Below, piece after piece: positions 49,932 to 61,000 of a stretch of 64,000 nt of DNA. The notes beneath the pieces are model-generated. The model was not told the DNA's origin. It ran no database searches and saw only the letters and a program-made list of their open reading frames with translations. Each line of letters opens with the position of its first letter. Positions within the stretch are counted from its first letter, which is position 1. Source of the DNA: Eledone cirrhosa (taxonomy: Eukaryota); the NCBI GenBank assembly GCA_964016885.1, contig OZ024740.1:149482001-149546000 (forward strand). The letters are read 5' to 3'. The position numbers were made by a program, and so were the translations under genes.

Positions 49932-51472
49932 TATCTATCCATTTATCTATCTATCTATCTAGTACTGATTCGCTGCCTACCACACGGTTTTAAGACTGTA
50001 GCTAGAAATGTAAACATCCGGCTGACTTTGTGACATTGTGAAAAGAAGATAAATTATTGATCAAGGAATCCTTAGGGAGATGGTTCAGCTCTCGCTGGCA
50101 TCCGAGAGTTCCATGGTTTGATTCCTCGCGGGGGGCGTATGTGAACATTTTCCCGTCTCTGTAGTTATTTGAGAAGTTTTCTCTACTATTAACTGGTAGA
50201 GTGATTGCGTAGATGCTCCGCCATTGACTTTGAACAAATGTGTTTGGAATGTTAGTAAGTTATACAAGTAGATAATGTTATTATCTGGCTCTAACAATTC
50301 AGAATGACAGATGATTTGGCTTAAATTCTTGAGCTAGAGATGATGCAAGATATGAGATCACTTTCACTCAGCACATTCTTTATAGGTAGCTCCTTTTTTT
50401 TTTTTTTTAAATGTTTAACTCTTTAAATTTCCTTGTACGATAAAAGTCGAATCTAATTAATTTTTAATATATTTTCTTTGTACTTTATCGTACTGTCTTG
50501 AGAGGACATAACATATTCATTTTTTTTTTATTTTTATTTGATCAGCCTCCCTATATTTTGAACTGTAGTCTTCGTTTAATGTGCTGCATTGGGGGGGGGG
50601 GGCAGTTACACTAAGAAAATCAAACGAAATCGTGAAGCCTGACGTTGGGTGATCTCGTAAAGTTTCATCTTTTTCATGTCATAAGTTTCAACCGTAGAAA
50701 TATGTAATCTTCATATATAATGGCGCTATAACTGAAACGAGAAATTAACAAATGTGGAATACAGTTTCATATATTATAGGTAATGAAATGTTTCGCATAA
50801 TATAACAGAAATTAGCGTGTATTTACGAGAGAGAGAGCGTCAGATAAAATACTTCGTGGCTTTTAGTTCAGGCCCATTACACTTTGAATTCAAATACGCT
50901 ATATTACTAGTTAAGTACTGGGGTCGATATAATCTACTTTCCCATTCCACAAAATATTAGAAAGAATATGGAAAGAATGGCCAATGTTAGAAAGAATAAA
51001 TAGAAACTTTATTATAAATAGAAAATAGAACGTCGGATAAAATGATTTGCGGCATTTAATTCCGGCCATTTTCTTTTCAATTCCCTTGTATATAAATTTT
51101 GCCTTTCATCTTTCCGGGGTTGAGAAACTTAATTACCCGTCAAGTATTGGGCTCGTTTTAATCGATTTTCCCTTCCTAAAATTATTAGCCATGTACCTAA
51201 TTTAGAGATTTTGGTGTTTCCCACCCTTCCATAGTCACTGTTGTGTATTGTCGATATCATCGAATAAAAATCTTTATTTACATTATTAGCCATTGACAGA
51301 TTTTTTTATATATTTACTAAGACAGACGGGGTCCATAACCCTTTCTGACATACGTAGTCAAGAGGTTAATGTTGAATGAATGAATTAAAAATATATTTGA
51401 ATTATTATAAATTGGTGATTGGAGAGACTCAAGGACAGGAAGGAAGTTCAAGGGGGGTTGAAAACTGAATAA
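48351..51472. repeat. Long inverted duplication: arms 48351-49003 and 50819-51472, 1.8-kb spacer
   Basis: Arms are reverse complements; by eye the only difference is C5 versus G6 in a homopolymer. Confidence 0.92.
49460..49960. repeat. Compound pyrimidine-rich microsatellite (CTGT, CTAT, CCTA, CT)
   Basis: Direct reading. Confidence 0.95.
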
Positions 51473-52499
51473 GAAAGCTGGAACTATGTGTTTAGTACGC
51501 GGTTTTCGAAGTTAAACACAGCGGGGGTAAGGAGAGTAAAAGGGGTGGGTGCATTTGGTGTATTTTGGTGGAGGCGGTATAATAGTAGCAACAAGAATTG
51601 CCAATAAACCAAATAATAAAGATAAACAGTTGGAAGTGACATTTCATATATAAGCAATAATGAATCACTGGTTTAGAGGATGTTCTGACATTTCCGCCAA
51701 GAAATTGTGGATTGCATTACATACTAATTATTTGTTTTTGACCTAGTGTCATTTCAAAACCATGTCTAGCTGTTGATTATACCATTACCAAGGCAGCTGT
51801 TCCGAGTATTTTCTCTTTTTGTTTCTATTTTATTATCGTATAAGCCATTAAAATATTTTAAATATAAATTGTTTCTGATCAATTTCAAAAATTCGGCAGT
51901 TTTATATATTTTATTATATTCTATTAAAACAAAAACAACCTACATTTTATTAATATTATCTTTTTCGTTTGCTTTGATTTCTTTGTTTTCTTTGTTTTAA
52001 TTCAAGTGCTTTACCCATATTTTGACATTTCCCACTTAAACGTGTTCCAATTTAAAGTGCCCTTTTTATCATCTTTAATCTTATGAAAAGCTAAAGATTG
52101 ATCGAACAATAAGAAAAACAAATTTATTTTTATACAATTTACACATACAAAAAAAATATATACATGCAAACATATATACATATATATATATATGTGTGTA
52201 TTTTTATATGTATGTGTGTGTATATATGTATTTTTGTGTGTATGTATATATACACACACATATATGTGCATACATACATCTGCTGATTAAATAGCATGCT
52301 TAATAGGTCAAATAAAGAATGTTAGTATCCACCGGATATTTATCTTCACTTTTTTATCTGTATGATTTAGATTAGAATATAGCTGTATCGGTTTGTAAAT
52401 ATTTAAAACCTCTATGTATTCATGATATATATTGATTAAGCAGTTGAAAGGTATATGCTTGCATTTCGTGTGTTTTACATCTGGAAGAATTTCAATCTA

Positions 52500-52990
52500 T
52501 GGTACCTATGGTCATGACTCTTGAGTTATGACCATATCTACCATTGATTGAAAATACGATCGCGAATCCAAGCAGCCGAACTGGGATTCCTCCGATAGGT
52601 CGTTGGAGTAACATTATTCGATATAATGCGTAGCTCGGAGATCAGAGAGTCACTCCAGGTAGAGCCGTTACTTCTCCGAATCGAGAGATCACAGCTCCGA
52701 TGCTATGGGCATGTGGTTAGAATGAATAGCTAGACAGATTGTACAGGGAAAACCAACTGGCAGAAGACCCAGGGATAGACCACGAACAAGATAGTTGGAT
52801 AACAACTATGAGCACGCTGGTCTCACTTGAGAATCCAACCGGATCAGTTGGAAGCGGTTGCTTCTGATAGGACCCGCTGGAAGGGAAGGAGTGTTTGAGA
52901 ACTCTGCCCCCACGACCCCCACATGAATATTTGAACGAAGAAGACGAAGAAGAAGAAGAAGAAGAAGAAGAAGAAGAAGAAGAAGAAGAA
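52500..52990 (+). mobile_element. RTE 3' fragment with (GAA)n tail
   Basis: Homologous to 35180-35630. Confidence 0.85.
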
Positions 52991-53199
52991 GGCACCTATT
53001 TAATACGAAATGCACTGCACCATTGCATGTTTGAATATATCAACAAAACATTGCAGGCTCGTTAACAAAGAATTCTGATAGGCCATGATCTCTATAATTC
53101 CTCCAATTACATCTCTAATCGGGTCGCTCAATTCTCGCTGCTCAAGGTTTATTTTCTCTCTACGTGTCTTTATTTTCTACAAACCACCCCACATTCTCT

Positions 53200-53294
<95 letters not shown>

Positions 53295-54511
53295 CCAGTT
53301 TGTAACGAAAGGTCTGTCCATTTTTTAACATTCACTATAACAATAAAAAATGCAATTTCAGATTTATTTAATTGTTAATGTAGTCTCCATTCTCCTCTAT
53401 GACCTCCCTCCATCTGTCAATGCGCTTTTTAATGCCACGAGCATAAAATTCTATAGGTTTTGAACTAAAAAAAGAAACTAACTCATTTTCGACTTCTTCT
53501 CTTGAAGTAAGTCTTAATCCACTCAAAAGATATTGCAAACTTCTAAAAAGATGGTAATCTGTTGGTGTGAGGTCCGGGGAATATGGTGTGACGCATGATT
53601 TCCCGGAGATGTTGTTTTTTGGATCTTTGGTCTTTTGTGCAGTGTGATGTTTAGCGTTTTCATGATGAAGGATGACACCTTTTCTGTCTGTTAATGATGG
53701 GCGTTTTTGCTGCAAAACTATTTTCAAACATCTTATCTGTTTGACAATAGACTTCGGCTGTTTTTGTTTAATTATCGCATAGCAGTTTGTGATGAATTAT
53801 CCCTCACATATCTCACCACACACTCAGAAGAATTTTCTTTGGATGCGGGCCACTTCTCAGCTGCTGGGGTGGCTCTTCACCACGACGTCTTCGTTTAACA
53901 GCATCGTAAAGTTTCCATATCTCATCTCCAATAAAGACGTTCTTCAAACGAGATATTTGCAGCTCACAAGAACGCAATGATACTCAACAGTCAACACGTT
54001 ATTTGTGATTATCTGTAGAGAGACCATACAGAACCTTTGACACTTTACCAAGTCTTTTAAATTCACGATGAATGGTGATATGGCTCACATTGAAGTCCGT
54101 GCTTACTTTCCGAAATGTAACGGTCGGGTTTGCATCAACAGTAGTTTCCAAATGCAACAGAATCCGGACCTTTTTGAGCGCCTTTCTCTTGATTCATACT
54201 GCAGGCAGTAATCCCCGTTTTTAAATCGTGAAAACCATCTCCTGCGTGTTCTTTCAGTCACTATGCCATCTATATAAATGTTTTGGAATTATTTTGCTGC
54301 TGCACTTGCACTATTACGTTTTTGAAATCCATAAAGATTAGCTTTACTTGGGGTTAAAATGGCGCCTAAATAACAACATTAATAAAGAATGAATTTTACA
54401 AATTCTGAAAGAAAAGGAAACATGTTATTGATTTCGACATATTCCAAATATAATTGAGAATTTAGAAGACACCTTTTTAAAAAAACGGACAGAACTTTCG
54501 TTACAACCTCA
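53295..54511 (-). mobile_element. Near full-length mariner transposon, degraded
   Basis: TIRs ttgtaacgaaaggtctgtcc / ggacagaactttcgttacaa. Transposase C-terminus ILHHENAKHH...PYSPDLTPTDYHLF...RWREVIEENGDY. Right end followed by TA; left end abuts (TA)n. Confidence 0.9.
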
Positions 54512-54515
54512 TATA

Positions 54516-54829
54516 CAGGGTGGGGCATAAAGATCTGCCAATTTGGAGCGGGCACTGTGCGGGCTGAAGTGGCGGGGCAGGTCTCATTCGGTAGGCTAGG
54601 CTCTATTATTTTTAGTACCTATCATGAGTTGGACCGGTGAACATCGTGGCTTTGTTGTTCAAGCATATTATGAAAGCAACCGTTCTATAATAACGACGCA
54701 GCGAACGTTCTCTAGACGCGTCACGCTTGGTCCAAATCCATCTGTACCAGATCGGAAAACGATTTTGCTGTGGATTTCTAACCTTCAGGCAACTGAATCC
54801 ACACAGAAAAGAACATCACCTAGCAGACC

Positions 54830-54830
<1 letters not shown>
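54516..54830 (+). mobile_element. 5' fragment of a Tc1/mariner-superfamily element (DUF4817-like HTH N-terminus)
   Basis: TA|CAGGGTG start; MSWTGEHRGFVVQAYY...TQRTF...VPDRKTILLW...SPSRP, cut off at (TA)n. Confidence 0.7.
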
Positions 54831-54860
<30 letters not shown>

Positions 54861-54977
54861 TCCGTTAAATATCTTCACTCACTATCTCTCTCCTCTGAAT
54901 CTCGTCTTTGTCTCTTTACATACCTTCTATTTTTTTTTTATTCTTCCCCATTTTACTCATATATATTCATTATCCAC

Positions 54978-55510
54978 CTTCTTCTTCTTCTTCTTCTTCT
55001 TCTTCTTCTTCTTCTTCTTCTTCTTCTTCTTCTTCTTCTTCTTTTTCTTCTTTTTCTTCTTTTTCCTCTTCTTCTTCTTCACGTCGTATTGTAAAGATAA
55101 AGAAGGCAAAGGTCTGTATGGAGCTCCCAACCTAACCTTCGATCCAAACTTGTTACACATGTTATCCAACTATCTTACCTGTTGTCTCCCTCTGGGTATC
55201 CTGCTTGTTGGATTTTCCCGAACAATTTGTCCTACGATTCTTTTCATAGGCATTCTAACCCCGTGCCCTAGTACTGGAGCTGTGATTCTTCGATGCGAAA
55301 GAGTAGCGGCTCTACCCGAAACAACTCCCTTATCCTGGAGCTACGTAACTCCAGCGACCAGCCAGAGTAACTTCATTTCGGTCGCTTGTATTCGTGATCG
55401 TACTCTTTCGGTCATTACCCAAGATTCATGACCATAGATAAGAGTAGGAACGAATACTAAATTGAAAATAGCGAATTTGGCTTATACACCTTCGCCTCTT
55501 GAAGCTGGCG
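54978..55510 (-). mobile_element. RTE 3' fragment with (GAA)n tail (TTC on +)
   Basis: Reverse-strand homology to 35150-35450 (YGHESWVMTER). Confidence 0.8.
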
Positions 55511-57117
55511 CATTAAGATTTAAACCCATCATCTTTTCTCATCCTTGAAATATACAGCCGTACTAGACTCATTGTCACCACCCGTCACGAAATCCAATAG
55601 ATAATACAAATAGATGAAATGATCAGGGAATTGGACCTCGAGATCACTGCCAGTTATATTTCCCGGCCAAAAGTTGATTAGGCTACATTTTCAACTCAGA
55701 TAAAGCTCTAAAGAACAACAGTCTCAATTATTGTACCAACAAGTTTTCTCATAGTTAATAGTAATAAGATTATTTTTACGACCAGACTTTTAACAACAGT
55801 GTTGTTAACAATAATTGTTTACTATTACTGACCATCACCTACCATTACTGTAATAGTAGGGTTGTAAATAGTAGCAATGGTTTCGTTAGTAGTCTCAAAG
55901 ATATTACTAGTAATAGTAGGGTTGTAATAACAATCATATTGTTAATTATTCTTTTCATAGCAGTAATGTTTATTTATGTCTCAAAGGTATTACTAGTAAT
56001 CGTAGGGCTGTAATACTATCTATGTTGTAATAGTCAAATTAAGGGTTGTAATAGTAATCTCATGCCGGCATATGCACACCTACAGAGGATCAGCATGAAA
56101 AGATACATATACGCAGCCACGAATATACATTTCTTTTATCTCTCTTCCTGGCGTCATTTTATTTATTTATTTTTTTTTTTTTTGTGTAGTTTCTCGTCAA
56201 GCGAAATTACTTTCTTTTCACACAGTTATAAGTTTAAAGTAACCAGAACAAGTTTGGATCGAAGGTTAGGATGGAAGCTCCGTACACAACGTTGCATTAT
56301 TTATCTTTACAATACGACTTGATGCCAGCATTTCAAAATAGCATTAGTTAATTCAAAATACTATCCGTTAATTAGAAAGAACGGCGAATTGTACCTCAAA
56401 CTGTACAAGTTTACAGTTATATTTTTGGAGGTGAACCAGATTGGAAATGCTTTTAAATTTTGTGGACTATGGCGAATAAAAAATGAAGGTATGATCATAC
56501 AAGGCTATGGAAATAACTCGTTTTTTAATTACTTTAGTGTTTTTAATAAGTGCTTAACGTAAAATGTTCTTCACTAGGGATATAAAGAATAAGCAAAAGA
56601 GTAGGTGTTTCTTAATACCATAATATCGTTTGATTACATTAATATAAATATTTCTTTTTCTAAGCCAGAGCGGGATCAGAATAATGTATATGAACGAATG
56701 ACGATGGCTTTGAACTTAAAAAGTTCCCCCTTGAGGTATAAGCCCAGGCAAAATTTATTTGTGGAAAACCAGCAGTTACTAGACTCCCTTCTCCACGCCC
56801 TTGATATTGTCCAAGAGAAAGGCAAATGTCCGATACAATTTGGCACCAGTGACGTTGCAACTAATTTTTTACTAGCTGAGAGAACTGGAGCAATGTGAAA
56901 TAAAGTGTTTTGTTCAAGGACACAAAGAACCGCCTGGTTGGAGAATCAAACTCACAAATTCACGATTGTGAGCCCAATGCTCTAATCCCCATGCCAAGCA
57001 CATTCTTGATGTTATAATAACATCAATAGTACAGCATGATGGAAGAAAATAAATGAATAACAGTCACAATATATTACCCTGCAATGGCTGTGAATTGCTG
57101 TAAGTGAGTTAAGTAAA

Positions 57118-57260
57118 ATGCCCTTTAGTTCACTTTCCTTTAATGAAAAGAAACGCATAGTCGACAGTGGAAGGCCTATTTTGACATTATACTTGACGAA
57201 AGCTAACAAAGGGTATACGAGAAATTTTAACGCTGAACTTTATGAAACAAATAGTTATGT
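57118..57260 (+). mobile_element. hAT (ZMYM1-like) N-terminal fragment
   Basis: PFSSLSFNEKKRIVDSGRP...RNFNAELY resembles the region preceding the TTF zinc finger. Confidence 0.5.
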
Positions 57261-57309
57261 AAAAATATTTCTATTCATAAAGTGTACTGCTAGAGATGCT
57301 TAATCTTTT

Positions 57310-57980
57310 AAAGAGAAATTCAGATTGGAGCAGCTCTGTGTGTTGACGAGGAGAGTTTGAATAGACTCTTCTAGAAGACTTTCGGTTCGAGGATAATGAA
57401 CAATTTTCTAACCTCCTTGGCATTGCAATGTTACCGAGTAGCTCTATCAGTTCGAGAGAAGTTCAATAGGCACGGAACTTGCAACAGCCGGACTTTCCAA
57501 AATGTATGCATGGAAACGAACCCGATCTGCATATGTCCAGAGAGCCCGTGCATTGCAAACTTGTGGTTTTGTGCCGAACAGCCTCTGTCATGTGTAGGAC
57601 AGATGTGGCTATCAGCCGAGTCCTTAGTAAAAAATTACCGCCACCTTCCTTTAGTAGCTATGGCGAAGGAAGCTTTATTGTTGACATGTCTAAACTATTT
57701 GAGAACAGAAATCTTCCTCTCTTACCAAGGCCGCATTATCTTCTTCCAGTTCTATTTGAGGAGAAAGATGAGAGTAAAGAGGGAGACGTTGCTTTCTAGT
57801 GCATTTTATAAAAGATGTGAAAGAGCGGTTAAATTGACGAGGCTGAATGGGCCTGATCTGACTATGCTTTTCTAAGCAAGAGAAAAGAGACCGACATAGG
57901 TCACTTTTAATACCCGTGGAGCAACAGAGTAATCCGGGGTTGTGTGGTTACTCCTTTAAATTTCCTTAAAGTGCAGTTGC
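57310..57980 (+). mobile_element. Diverged Tx1 3' fragment
   Basis: ORF 57396-57875 is similar to 36358-36850. Confidence 0.75.
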
Positions 57981-58054
57981 TCTCCTTCCCCTTATAATCG
58001 ACTTTCTTGTCCCCAAAATTGATGGCGTTGTGCCAATGTTATATATAATTATCA

Positions 58055-61000
58055 TCTCTCTATATATAAAACGGTAGATGTCTGTCTGTGCGTGTGTATG
58101 ATTTTTATGCATTTCCACATTTCTCTACCGATTTTGATGATTTCTTTTTCAATGTGCTCCAAATTTACCAGGGCAGGTCAACGTATAATTACTTTTGCCA
58201 AACATTTCCTGCTTCTATGAAAAGAAATCGATAAAACTAAATACATGCTGTAACCCTCTCTTTTACACGCTTCATTCCTCTCACTACCCTCAATCTCCTC
58301 TGCAACTCTCTTTAAAAGGTTACTGCCTCCGTCTCTGAAGGAACGCGACATAAACTTTCATAACCCTCTCTCTTACACGCTTCATTCCTCTCACTACCCT
58401 CAATCTCCTCCGCAACTCTCTTTAAAAGGTTACTGAATCCGTCTCTGAAGGAACGCGACACAAACTTTCATAACCCTCTCTCTTACACGCTTCATTCCTC
58501 TCACTACCCTCAATCTCCTCCGCAACTCTCTTTAAAAGTGAGTGCCTTTCAATGAGAGGCAGCAGAGTCTCAGCAGTACGATCAGGGATTTCATGTAGAA
58601 AAATATTGCTGTAAAAGAAATACTGTATATCGCACCAATATATTGTTTAAAGAAATTTTTTTTCTGTTGTTAAAAACTGTTTCGCAACAATATTTTTCTG
58701 TTTTCTAATTTTCTCTGTTAATATTTTAATAAATATTTATTATAAAAATTCAATGTTTTTCCGTGTAAAAATGAAGCACGTAAGGTAAAAACCAAGCAGC
58801 AGCAGCAGCTGATGATGTGTCGTGACGTGTCGTGTAGTGGGTGGAGCTAATAACTGATTGTCGATGATCATCATTTAGGACACTAAAACCAAGTATCGCC
58901 GAATTTATAAAACAACAAACGTAACAATAACGACGCTTAAGCGTTCATTTACTTGAATCTCAACAGACATTATATTTTATTGTTGTCCTTTTTGTAATTT
59001 TTCTTTCTTTCTTTTTCTCAATATGAGACAAAAAATTAAAAATTAATGAGAAAACTTTTTTAACGAACGTCCGATTTCGATGATTTATTTTCCAGTGTGC
59101 TCCAAAATAACGCCCCTGTTTACGCTCTTTTGTGCTATAACTCAGACAGGCTTGGCTTACAGGTTTGACCTATTATTTGACGTGCATTCTTACTTAGTTC
59201 TCACTTTCCACTTACTCACCGTTCAATTGAAAGTTTTGGCTACTTCCCCTTTCATGCTCTATTACCTACATAAATATTTACGTGTTCGGTCCTGCTACAA
59301 TATAGTACTCACTTTAAACTAAGTCAAAGTTCATTTGAAAATTTTCGCTACCAAACACATTCTTTGAATCTACGGTCATGTCACCCAAGAAAAGACCAAG
59401 ACTTAGTCACCAAACTAAAGCTGCTTCTGCTGCCAAACGAAGAAGAGCTACAGAGTTGTCCGTAGAAAAATTGACTCGGTTGTCACAAAATGCAACTCGA
59501 AATGCAATTACCCGGGCAACCGAGACAGAAAAAAATAGGAGCATCCGCCTTTCCGGAAATGCCTTTGTAACTGCAGTTGCACGTGCAGCGCAAACTGATG
59601 AACAACATTCTCGACGACGAAGCAAAAATGCGGCCTCCACCGCTGCGGCATGTGACAGTGAGGACGAAGAACACCGTTACAGTCGACGACGAAGAGATGC
59701 CGCCTCAACTGCTGCGTCACGTGGACGAAGGGCAGCGTTCCAGACGTCAACGTACGAACGCCGCTTCAACAGCTTCCGTTAGCGCATCAGAGACTGCGCA
59801 AATTCAATTACAAAGGCTAAACGCCAACGCACTCCACACGAGTGCTAAACGAGGTACACAGAGGATCAGTTGTACTCAGTGGTCTCATAAGGCTTTCCAC
59901 TATGACCCAACAGTAAACTATGCACTGATGCCAGAAGTTCAGATTGGATCTATGTCTGTCATTTGGCAATATTGTCGGGCAAAAAAATGGCCTGGGGAGA
60001 CTTCAGGGATGTGCTGCTCTGACGGCAAAGTGAAACTGCCTCCTCTACAGGAACCATCACAAGTCTCTACTGACCGGTGCCACAGCGGAGTCGGAACACT
60101 TCCTTCGATGTTCCAGGAGATACAACTCTGCCTTCCAAATGACCTCTTTCGGAGTTAACATCATACGGGAGGACGGCTTCATGCCTACCTTTAAAGTTCA
60201 AGGACAAATTTACCACAGAATCCGTTCGCTACTGCCCACGACAGACGGACAGCCCCAGTTCCTACAGCTATACTTTGTCACTGACTATTTAGACCAAGCG
60301 GAACGACGCGCTTCAATTTCGCCTGGCACAGACAGGAAAATTCTGTTGCAACTCCAGAGAATGCTGCACGAAAACAACAACAGTTTTAAATGCGCATTGG
60401 AGGCTGCTCCGTTGCCAAACTTTGCTGTTATAATCGACGCTGTCAGGAAACCACCAGGCACCCACGCTGGACGTTTTAACACTCCCACGTGCAATGAAAT
60501 AGCTGTGCTTTTTCATGGAGAACAGTACAACAAGCGGGACATCATACTTCAGTGTAGGGACAATAGTCTGCAACGGATCAGCGAAACGCATAGGTCCTAC
60601 GACGCATTCCAATATCCCCTACTTTTCCCATTTGGTGACGACGGATACCACTTTGGAATTCCTTTGTGCAACAGCAACACAACTTTCCTCTATGCAATTC
60701 TACACCTACCGATTCATGGTCCGCGAAGGCTGCTTTAACCACCTCCACCGTGAAAGAGTACTCTTCAACCAGCTTGCTGTAGACGCGTGCGCAAAGATGG
60801 AATCTGAAAGGCTGTGCTACATAAGGAACAATCAAGTACGCCTTCGTTCGGACAGCTACATTCACTTACGGGATGGAGTAAGGAATGACGTCGATCCCGA
60901 GAACCTAGGAAAACATTGTATCCTTCCGTCGACCTTCATTGGGAGTCCCCGATACATGAGTGAACGCACACAGGATGCTATGACGTACGTGCGTCTCTAC

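Noticed and set aside
49419-50033. 204-aa and 122-aa ORFs
   Set aside because: Stop-free translations of microsatellite DNA.
50070-50140. tRNA-like sequence with B-box GGTTTGATTCC
   Set aside because: No complete cloverleaf; more likely a decayed SINE head.
54727-55431. 234-aa poly-Phe ORF and overlapping poly-Leu/Ser/Lys ORFs
   Set aside because: Translations of a (TTC)n RTE tail and antisense RTE sequence.
55840-56060. Repeated TAGGGT motifs suggesting interstitial telomere
   Set aside because: Part of a degenerate tagtaatagtagggttgtaa repeat, not tandem TTAGGG.
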